Origin: an uncultured Gammaproteobacteria bacterium
GTDB lineage: Bacteria > Patescibacteriota > Microgenomatia > Levybacterales > GWA1-39-11
Assembly: GCA_964425075.1 (NCBI GenBank)
Contig: CAYRKM010000001.1
Coordinates: forward strand, 395,060-459,059
Length of the DNA: 64,000 nt
Direction: 5' to 3'
Within the stretch, counting starts at the first letter, position 1. Every line of letters starts with the position of its first letter. The notes beneath the pieces are model-generated. The model was not told the DNA's origin. It worked only from the letters and a program-made list of their open reading frames with translations, and ran no database searches. The position numbers and the translations under genes are program-made. This document shows positions 56,617 through 64,000 of this stretch, piece by piece.

Positions 56617-59600
56617 ATGGAACCACAAGACAACAATAATCAATTAAGAGAGGCAGCATTTGCTCCAAAAGCAGTTCGAAGGAATGATGTAATTAATATC
56701 TCAGACTTTGAGGGTCTAAGAATTACTATAGCTTCTCCCGATGACATAAAAAATTGGTCATACGGAGAAGTAACTAAGCCAGAAACCATTAATTACAGAA
56801 CTTTTAGAGCTGAGAAGGATGGTTTGTTTGACGAAAGAATCTTTGGTCCAACACGAGACTTTGAATGTTACTGTGGAAAATATAAAAGAATTAGGTACAA
56901 AGGAATTGTTTGTGATAGATGTGGAGTTGAGGTTACTTATTCAAGAGTAAGACGTGAGAGAATGGGGCATATCACCCTGGCTGCTCCTGTAATTCATGTT
57001 TGGTATTCAAAAGGTTCACCTTCAAAACTTTCAACTCTTTTGGGAACAACTCAAAAAGAGCTTGAGTCTATCATTTACTATGCTTCATATCTTGTAACTT
57101 CAATTGATGAGGATAAAAGAAAAGAGGCAATGGAAAGACTAGAGACTATTAAGCAATCACGTCTTGATGAATTAAAGAAAACAATTGAAGAAGAGAAGAA
57201 AAAACTTGAATTAGAAGAAAAAGACAAGCTTAAAGAAATTGAATCAACCCTTAAGAAAGAAAGAAAAGAATTAGTTCTTGAGGAAACCAGAGTTAACTAT
57301 AAACAAAGAAACGCGGCATTTGACAAGAGACTTGAAGCTGAGGGTGGAAGAATTGAAGAAATCTTTACAAGAATTAATGATATCGTAAAGGGACTTAAGA
57401 CCTGGGATGTTCTTTCTGAGGAAGAATACGTAAGGCTTCTTGAGTATGATGTTTTAATCTTCTTTGAGGTAGAAACAGGAGCTTCAGCTATACTTCATGC
57501 CATTGAGTCAATGGACATTGGTAAGATTATTGGTGAATTAAGAGAAGATGTTCACAAATCATCTGGTCAGAAGCAATTGAAACTCCTTAAAAGACTTCAC
57601 TTAATCGAGGCTATAAATGAAGCTGGATTTGACCTCTCCTCAATGGTTCTACGCGTTCTTCCAGTTTTGCCTCCTGATCTACGCCCAATGGTACAACTTA
57701 ATGGTGGAAGATTTGCAACATCTGACTTGAACGATCTTTACAGAAGAGTAATTAACAGAAACAATCGTTTGAATCATCTTATTTCTCTTGGAGCACCTGA
57801 AATTATTTTAAGAAATGAAAAGAGAATGCTTCAAGAGTCTGTTGATTATCTAATTGATACTTCAATTCGAGCTTCTTCAACACAAAGACAATTTAAATCC
57901 CTTTCTGATGTTTTGAGAGGAAAACAAGGCCGATTTAGAAAGAATCTTCTTGGAAAAAGAGTAGATTACTCAGGTCGTTCTGTTATTATTGCAGGACCTG
58001 AATTATCCCTTAATCAATGTGGTATTCCAAAAGAAATGGCCCTTGAGCTCTTTAAACCTTTTGTTATAAGAGAAATTATTGCTAGAGGTTTAACCACACC
58101 TAATGCGAAAGCTGCAAAGAGATATATTGAGAAAAGACCAGCTGAGGTGTTTGATATCCTTGAGGAAATTACCAAGAATCACCCAGTGCTTCTAAACCGT
58201 GCCCCTACACTTCACAAATTGGGTATTCAGGCTTTTTATCCAGTGCTTGTTGAGGGTAGTGCTATTAAAATTCACCCTTGTGTCTGTGCTGGTTATAACG
58301 CTGACTTTGATGGAGACCAAATGGCAATTCATGTACCACTTTCATCTCGTGCGCAAAAAGAAGCAATTGAGTTAATGATGCCTGCATCAAACTTGCTTAA
58401 GCCTGCAGATGGTAACCCAATTACTCTTCCAAACAAAGAGATGGCATTGGGAACTTTCTACTTAACAAGTGTTGATGAGAGACTTCGAGGCGAACAATTA
58501 AAGATGTTTTCAAGCCCTGAAGAGGCTTATTTAGCTCGAACAACTAAAAAATTGAGCTTTAGAGAGCCAATTATGATTCGGGTTGATGGTAAAACTTTCG
58601 AAACAACTTTGGGTAGAGTTATGTTTAATGAGGCACTTCCAGAGGGTTTGGATTTTGTAAATGAAGAAGTTAAAGCCTCAACAATTAGAGATATTATTAC
58701 AAAAGCTATGGTTACTCTTTCAAAAGAAGACGTAGCACTTTTAATTGACAGAATTAAAGAAATTGGATTCTATGCTGCAACTATTTCTGGTATTTCAGTT
58801 TCAACATTTGACTTGAAGATGCTTGATACAAAGTCAACTCTTATTGATGAAGCGGAGAAACAAATTCAAGAAATTGAAGATGAATTCCAACAAGGTCTTA
58901 TTACTCACAGCGAGCAAAAAAGACTTATGAATCATGTATGGTTAGAGGCTACCGAAAAGATGGCAAATCTTACTTGGAACTTATTTGATAAAAATGACAT
59001 CGTAAGAATAATTGCTGATTCAGGTGGAGCTCGTGCAGGAAAAGATCAAATTAAACAGCTTGCTGCGATGCGTGGTCTAATATATGATCCTCTTGGACGT
59101 ATCGTTGAACTTCCAATTAAATCTAACTTTAGAGAAGGTCTTTCAATTTTTGAATACGTTAATTCAGCTCGTGGTTCAAGAAAGGGTCTTACCGACTCAG
59201 CTCTTAAGACTGCTGACGCTGGATACTTAACTCGAAGACTTGTTGACGTTGCTCATGACGTAATTATTCGTGAAGATGATTGTGGAACAACTGAGGGATT
59301 TGAGGTTAATCTTGAAAACAGAGAAAATCTAACACCTCATATCAATATGCTTTTGGGTCGTGTGGCTTTAAAAGACATAGCATCTAAGAAAACAAAGAAA
59401 GTGTACGTTAAGAAAGGTGAGGACATTGATCACGAACAGCTAAGAGAAATCTTGGAAGACGAAAGTATTTCCGAGGCATTTGTAAGAAGCCCCATTGATT
59501 GTAAATTAAAGCATGGAATTTGTGCAGCTTGTTATGGATGGGACCTTTCAACTTACAAGAGAGCAGATCTTGGTACTCCAGTAGGTGTTATTGCTGCGCA

Positions 59601-60477
59601 ATCTATTGGTGAGCCAGGAACTCAGCTTACTATGCGTGTTAAGCATTTTGGTGGAGTTGTTATGTCTGACGTGACTCAAGGTTTGCCAAGAGTTGAGGAG
59701 TTATTTGAGGTAAGAAGACCAAAGAATTTGGCACCAGTTGCTGAGATTACCGGTAAAGCAAGCGTTGAGAAGGTTGAAGATGGATATATTGTGAAGGTAA
59801 AGAACACTAAGGTAAAACCGGTTGAGGAAAGAGAATATTTTGTACCACTTGCTTCAAGTTTGTTAATTGCAGATGGAGATCAAGTAACTGCAGGAACTCA
59901 ACTTTGTGAAGGCCATCTTGATCCAAAAGATGTTCTTAAAGTTGGTGGTTTGGTTCGAGCACAACAATACCTTATCAAACAAATTCAGGATGTGTATGAG
60001 TCTCAAGGTATTTCAATTCACTACAAGCACTTTGAGACAATTGTAAGAAAGATGTCTGATAAAGTAATGCTTGAAACTGCTGGAGACACAAAGCTACTTC
60101 CTGGAGATCTTACTTCAAAACTTAGATTTGAAGATCAGAATGCAGCAGTAATTTCAGAAGGTGGAGAGCCTGCAACTGCTCGAGAAATAATGCTAGGTGT
60201 AACCAAAGCTGCTCTTGTTACTGATTCGTGGTTGTCTGCCGCTTCATTCCAAGAAACAACTCAGGTATTAACTGATGCTTCTCTTGAAGGAAAGGTTGAT
60301 GATCTTATCGGACTTAAAGAAAACGTTATCGTTGGAAGACTTATTCCAGTTAGAGAGCACTTCATGGATGATGAGGTGCAGACAATTGAGGATGTTCCTA
60401 TGTTCCCAGCTTTAATGTCAACTGAGTCTGCCCCATCTGCACCTGAGGCTGGAATTGAGCCTGTCGAAAGTGTATAA
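56617..60477 (+). CDS. rpoC: RNA polymerase beta' subunit
   Basis: Zn ribbon CYCGKYK..CDRC, LLGKRVDYSGRSVI, NADFDGDQM, AASFQETT. Confidence 0.99.
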   Translation: MEPQDNNNQLREAAFAPKAVRRNDVINISDFEGLRITIASPDDIKNWSYGEVTKPETINYRTFRAEKDGLFDERIFGPTRDFECYCGKYKRIRYKGIVCDRCGVEVTYSRVRRERMGHITLAAPVIHVWYSKGSPSKLSTLLGTTQKELESIIYYASYLVTSIDEDKRKEAMERLETIKQSRLDELKKTIEEEKKKLELEEKDKLKEIESTLKKERKELVLEETRVNYKQRNAAFDKRLEAEGGRIEEIFTRINDIVKGLKTWDVLSEEEYVRLLEYDVLIFFEVETGASAILHAIESMDIGKIIGELREDVHKSSGQKQLKLLKRLHLIEAINEAGFDLSSMVLRVLPVLPPDLRPMVQLNGGRFATSDLNDLYRRVINRNNRLNHLISLGAPEIILRNEKRMLQESVDYLIDTSIRASSTQRQFKSLSDVLRGKQGRFRKNLLGKRVDYSGRSVIIAGPELSLNQCGIPKEMALELFKPFVIREIIARGLTTPNAKAAKRYIEKRPAEVFDILEEITKNHPVLLNRAPTLHKLGIQAFYPVLVEGSAIKIHPCVCAGYNADFDGDQMAIHVPLSSRAQKEAIELMMPASNLLKPADGNPITLPNKEMALGTFYLTSVDERLRGEQLKMFSSPEEAYLARTTKKLSFREPIMIRVDGKTFETTLGRVMFNEALPEGLDFVNEEVKASTIRDIITKAMVTLSKEDVALLIDRIKEIGFYAATISGISVSTFDLKMLDTKSTLIDEAEKQIQEIEDEFQQGLITHSEQKRLMNHVWLEATEKMANLTWNLFDKNDIVRIIADSGGARAGKDQIKQLAAMRGLIYDPLGRIVELPIKSNFREGLSIFEYVNSARGSRKGLTDSALKTADAGYLTRRLVDVAHDVIIREDDCGTTEGFEVNLENRENLTPHINMLLGRVALKDIASKKTKKVYVKKGEDIDHEQLREILEDESISEAFVRSPIDCKLKHGICAACYGWDLSTYKRADLGTPVGVIAAQSIGEPGTQLTMRVKHFGGVVMSDVTQGLPRVEELFEVRRPKNLAPVAEITGKASVEKVEDGYIVKVKNTKVKPVEEREYFVPLASSLLIADGDQVTAGTQLCEGHLDPKDVLKVGGLVRAQQYLIKQIQDVYESQGISIHYKHFETIVRKMSDKVMLETAGDTKLLPGDLTSKLRFEDQNAAVISEGGEPATAREIMLGVTKAALVTDSWLSAASFQETTQVLTDASLEGKVDDLIGLKENVIVGRLIPVREHFMDDEVQTIEDVPMFPALMSTESAPSAPEAGIEPVESV

Positions 60478-60489
60478 TCAACCCTTACT

Positions 60490-60912
60490 ATGCCAACACT
60501 TAACCAATTAGTTAAAAAAGGAAGAGCAAAGAAAAGTAAAAAGATTAAAGCAACCGGTTTGCGAACTATTTTTAATGCAAAAAATAGAGAATACACCGAG
60601 AATCCTTCTCCTCAAAAAAGAGGAGTGGTAACGCTTGTAAGAACAATGACTCCAAAAAAGCCTAATTCAGCTTTGCGTAAGGTTGCAAGAGTTAAGCTTT
60701 CAAACAGAGAAGAAGTTACAGCCTACATTCAGGGAATTGGACACAATTTAGCCGAGCACGGAATCGTTTTGGTTCGTGGAGGAAGAGTAAAAGATTTACC
60801 AGGTGTGAAATACCATTTAGTAAGAGGAAAATTTGACCTTGCTGGAACTCAGAACAGAAAAACATCCAGATCAAAATACGGAGCTAAAAAAGGAGGAGCT
60901 GCACAAGCTTAA
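60490..60912 (+). CDS. rpsL: 30S ribosomal protein S12
   Basis: [26 protein letters not shown]. Confidence 0.99.
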   Translation: MPTLNQLVKKGRAKKSKKIKATGLRTIFNAKNREYTENPSPQKRGVVTLVRTMTPKKPNSALRKVARVKLSNREEVTAYIQGIGHNLAEHGIVLVRGGRVKDLPGVKYHLVRGKFDLAGTQNRKTSRSKYGAKKGGAAQA

Positions 60913-60917
60913 GTAGT

Positions 60918-61397
60918 ATGGCTAGAGGTGGAAAAAGCATTGCAAAAAGAAAAATAGAAGCAGACCCAATTTATGGGAGCATTCTTCTTTCAAAATTCAT
61001 AAATAATGTAATGCAGGATGGTAAAAAAACCACTGCGCAAAGAATAGTGTATGATGCACTCGATATTCTTAAGGAAAAAGGGAAAGATCCGCTTGCTACT
61101 TTCGAAAAAGCATTGGACACTGTTGCACCAAGACAAGAAGTGAGGGCAAAAAGAGTAGGTGGAGCAGCTTATCAGGTTCCTATGGAGGTACGTGGACCAC
61201 GAAAAGTTTCTCTTTCTATTCGATGGGTTCTTGAAGCAGCCCGCAAACGCTCAAATTCTGAGTACAAGTCATTTGCTGCAAAACTAGCTCAAGAACTTCT
61301 TGATGCATTAGAAAATCAGGGAGAAGCAGTAAAAAAGAGAGACTCCGTACAACGTATGGCCGAGTCCAACAAGGCTTTTGCACATTTCCGTTTTTAA
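60918..61397 (+). CDS. rpsG: 30S ribosomal protein S7
   Basis: [32 protein letters not shown]. Confidence 0.99.
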   Translation: MARGGKSIAKRKIEADPIYGSILLSKFINNVMQDGKKTTAQRIVYDALDILKEKGKDPLATFEKALDTVAPRQEVRAKRVGGAAYQVPMEVRGPRKVSLSIRWVLEAARKRSNSEYKSFAAKLAQELLDALENQGEAVKKRDSVQRMAESNKAFAHFRF

Positions 61398-61405
61398 TTT
61401 CGATT

Positions 61406-61435
61406 GCCCTTCCGTAGCTTTACGCGAAGGAGGGC
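61406..61435. repeat. REP-like palindrome after rpsG (may also act as terminator)
   Basis: GCCCTTCC..GGAGGGC stem; interior is the reverse complement of the CCTTCGC(G)TAAAGCTA core at 23731. Confidence 0.6.
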
Positions 61436-61464
61436 CCACTTCAGATTCTAGATTTTAATTATCT

Positions 61465-61950
61465 TCACAACAAAACAGCGGCTGTAGTAGTTATTCTCTC
61501 TGCATAAAAGTCTAATGGAAAATTTAATATCGCAACTGGGTCTTCATAGGAAAGCTCAAGACTGTGTTGCCTTACTGCTTGACTAAGTGCGCTTGTTATT
61601 CCCTCATCAACATTTTCTTTTCTTTCTTCATCGAGAATATTGTATGCTTCTCCTGAGTGTAGGGCAAAGTAAGGAGGTCTTTGAGTAAATAGAACCATGT
61701 CTCCTTCGATTCGAAAGTTGGGTGGCGCAAATCCTGAGAACACCAATTTTAGAAGTGGAGTATCCCAAACAAATCTAGTATTTCCGCCATTTTCGATAGT
61801 ATCTCTTATAATTAATAGTGCTGCATTTCTACTGTCTTTATCACCCTCGCTTACATGTTTTGCAAGGTCTCGTATTAGGTCATGCGATGCCGCCCAAATC
61901 CTTTGTTTGTCAAAGCGAACATCCTCAAATACTACTCTCTCTTTCGGCAT
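61465..61950 (-). CDS. Hypothetical protein
   Basis: 161-aa ORF with TATAAT just upstream. Confidence 0.6.
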   Translation of the reverse strand: MPKERVVFEDVRFDKQRIWAASHDLIRDLAKHVSEGDKDSRNAALLIIRDTIENGGNTRFVWDTPLLKLVFSGFAPPNFRIEGDMVLFTQRPPYFALHSGEAYNILDEERKENVDEGITSALSQAVRQHSLELSYEDPVAILNFPLDFYAERITTTAAVLL

Positions 61951-62027
61951 ATAGAAATTATATTTCCAAAAATGAAATTTGCAAGAGATAAGTTGTCAAT
62001 TCGCCCTTTAAATAGTTCTTTTTTTAA

Positions 62028-62264
62028 TTAACCTCGAACTCCTCCTAGAGGTGGACCGTTTAAATCAGGAGAGTGTTCAAAATCTGCCCCATCTGTTCTA
62101 CTTTTAATTAAAGTGCCCGATGGAACGGTAATTCCATCAACCCTGTTTTCAATAATAATACCCGTGCGAATTCCTGGATTTCCATCCCCACTTTTTAAAG
62201 GTTCTGAGTTCAAACCCGAGTGTTCAAAACTTGCATCAAGTGCTCTATCTAGTTCAGTTCCCAT
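62028..62264 (-). CDS. Small hypothetical protein with strong SD
   Basis: AAAGGAGGTGA upstream; internal AxFEHS..LN repeat. Confidence 0.6.
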   Translation of the reverse strand: MGTELDRALDASFEHSGLNSEPLKSGDGNPGIRTGIIIENRVDGITVPSGTLIKSRTDGADFEHSPDLNGPPLGGVRG

Positions 62265-62375
62265 AATATATCACCTCCTTTTCACTGCTTGAAAGTTATC
62301 ATAAATATTTATGGTTTTGAAGTCAATTTTTTATAAATTCTTTACAAAATTTAACAATTTGTTAAAATATTAACA

Positions 62376-62443
62376 CCTCGCAAGCTCGGCGCAAGCCCTT
62401 CACAAAGTTCAGGACAGGCACTTCTTGCAGGCTCACTGCAGGC
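62376..62443. repeat. Cluster of degenerate REP-like elements
   Basis: GC-rich island in AT-rich DNA: CCTCGCAAGCTCGGCGCAAG, CCCTTCACAAAGTTCAGGACAGG, TTGCAGGCTCACTGCAGGC. Confidence 0.5.
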
Positions 62444-62473
62444 AGATTAGAGGTTTAGCTATTTATAAAAATT

Positions 62474-63124
62474 ATGATTACGGTTCCAGATGGTACAAAA
62501 ATTATTATAGAGCGCTCTCGATATCTATCAGAAGCGTTATCTAAAAAACTTATAAATATTTCCTCACTTGCAGAGTATTTAAAGCCAGAACTTGAAGAAA
62601 TGCTTTTAAAGCCTGTTTCAAAAGGCTCTATTATCATGGCAATTATGCGTCTTCAGCCAACTCTCAAACCAAAATATAAGGAGAACAAACTTTTTCAAAA
62701 ACAACCAGAAATGGCAGTACGCTCAGGGCTTTCTTTGATAAATATTCAAAGAACCAAAGAAACAGAAGAGGCAATACGAGAATTATTTATAAGAAGAGTA
62801 AAGGGGACTTTCTTCTCAATTACAATTGGTGCAAGTGAGATAAACATTGCTATTTCTTCAAGTTTCTTGCCTCAAATTGAGGCAGAATTTTCAAAAAATC
62901 ACATCATCTCGGTTATCCCAAATGTTTCATTGATTACAATATTTCTTCCAGAGAAAGCCATCACTACTCCCGGCGTGTATTATTTTTTCCTTAAGTCAAT
63001 TGCATGGGAAGGGATAAATATTTTAGGAAACGCTGCAACAACCTCTGAGCTCACGCTCTTTTTTGCAGATAAAGATGTCCATCGAGCATTTGAGATTTTG
63101 TCATCAATCTATAAAGAGAAGTAG
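62474..63124 (+). CDS. ACT-domain regulatory protein (aspartate kinase C-terminal-like)
   Basis: INISSLA..KP N-terminal motif; TPGVYYFFLKSIAWEGINI...TTSELT. Confidence 0.78.
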   Translation: MITVPDGTKIIIERSRYLSEALSKKLINISSLAEYLKPELEEMLLKPVSKGSIIMAIMRLQPTLKPKYKENKLFQKQPEMAVRSGLSLINIQRTKETEEAIRELFIRRVKGTFFSITIGASEINIAISSSFLPQIEAEFSKNHIISVIPNVSLITIFLPEKAITTPGVYYFFLKSIAWEGINILGNAATTSELTLFFADKDVHRAFEILSSIYKEK

Positions 63125-63142
63125 TTGTATAATAGGTGCCCT

Positions 63143-63589
63143 ATGTCTAATTTTCAAACAGCCAGTATTCTTATATGGGGTGTGTATGGATTGATTGCGG
63201 TGATATTTGGTTTTGTAAGAACATATAAGAAGAATAATCCCTACGGCCTTTCGTATTGGTTCAATCCACTGGGAGCATTTGTTTGGGCAGACACAGTTGT
63301 TTTTGGTGCTTTCTTTTTTCTAGTTTCAGTTTTTACTTTACTGATTTCAGATTTTATTTTATTTTGTTTAACATTTTTTGTATTTTGGACAGTCCGCTCA
63401 ATTGGCGAGCAGATATATTGGTTTCTTGAACAATTTGCGACAAATCACAGGAATCTTGAGCATACATTGTGGGCGAGCAGGTTTTTTCCGAGAAATTCTG
63501 TATGGATTGCCAATCAAATTTTCTGGCAATGTGTAAGTGTTGTAGCAATTATTGCTTCAATGTATTTTTTTGTAAAGTGGCTTAATTAA
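63143..63589 (+). CDS. Hypothetical membrane protein
   Basis: About 4 TM segments; likely start MSNFQ at 63143. Confidence 0.7.
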   Translation: MSNFQTASILIWGVYGLIAVIFGFVRTYKKNNPYGLSYWFNPLGAFVWADTVVFGAFFFLVSVFTLLISDFILFCLTFFVFWTVRSIGEQIYWFLEQFATNHRNLEHTLWASRFFPRNSVWIANQIFWQCVSVVAIIASMYFFVKWLN

Positions 63590-64000
63590 CGGTGATTGAC
63601 AGTATTTTGTCTCCGATTTCGATTTTATCAACAACATCCATTCCTTCTTTTACTATTCCAAAATTTGTGTACTGACCATTCAAATGAGGACTTGCAATTT
63701 TTGTAATAAAAAATTGTGAGTCATTTGAAATTCGAATATCAGCTGGTGTTCTGGCTATTCCAAGTGAACCCCTTGTAAATGTTCTGGTTGATATTTCAGT
63801 TGGCATATCTCCTCCTCCTGTCCCATTTCCTTTAGGGTCTCCACCCTGAATTACCCAATTCTCAACTCGGTGGAACGTGAGGTTTTTATAATATCCCGTT
63901 ATTGCTTTTGTAATAAAGTTTTTAACTGTATTTGGCGTTTCCTTTGTATAAAACTCAATTTTTATTGCTCCTTTTGTGGTGTTAATTGTTGCCTGCGTTG
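63582..64000 (-). CDS. Cyclophilin-type peptidyl-prolyl isomerase (5' end outside window)
   Basis: Open frame to the window edge: TTKGAIKIEFY, TPNTVKNF, TFHRVENWVIQGGDPKGNGTGG, SQFFI, HLNGQYTNFG. Confidence 0.92.
   Translation of the reverse strand, partial: TQATINTTKGAIKIEFYTKETPNTVKNFITKAITGYYKNLTFHRVENWVIQGGDPKGNGTGGGDMPTEISTRTFTRGSLGIARTPADIRISNDSQFFITKIASPHLNGQYTNFGIVKEGMDVVDKIEIGDKILSITVN

Noticed and set aside
1-64000. tRNA, rRNA, transposase, integrase, or alternative genetic code
   Set aside because: No cloverleaf, rRNA or transposase motifs recognised by eye (a tRNAscan/Infernal run would be decisive); conserved genes are intact under the standard bacterial code.

Overview
AT-rich bacterial chromosomal segment using the standard stop codons (TGA terminates several genes). 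The gene content and architecture suggest a Patescibacteria/CPR genome, Microgenomates-like; this is an inference from short IF2, short AlaRS, AAA-only Lon, archaeal-type AMP phosphorylase and sortases. Housekeeping blocks are the dnaJ 3' end with a membrane-anchored Clp ATPase, nusA-infB-DHH-like-rpsO-pnp, Lon-like/rnj/ftsK/rodZ-like, pyrFE, yvcK-nth, alaS, mltG and rpoBC-rpsL-rpsG. There are also RND and MacAB-type efflux operons. The most notable region is about 16.0-25.8 kb. A YezD/DUF2292-like gene and a structured leader precede three secreted Asn/Gly/Thr-rich proteins built from one ~85-90 aa repeat with Cys clusters; the last ends in LPATG plus a TM helix and is followed by a sortase. 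A fourth paralog and an RTX-like Ca-binding protein lie on the opposite strand. This looks like a candidate sortase-anchored surface fibre or beta-solenoid system. Inside it sits a GC-rich array of three small ORFs, each preceded by a related hairpin. Short REP-like palindromes are scattered through the window, one apparently inserted in frame in infB. No rRNA, tRNA, CRISPR array or transposase was recognised.
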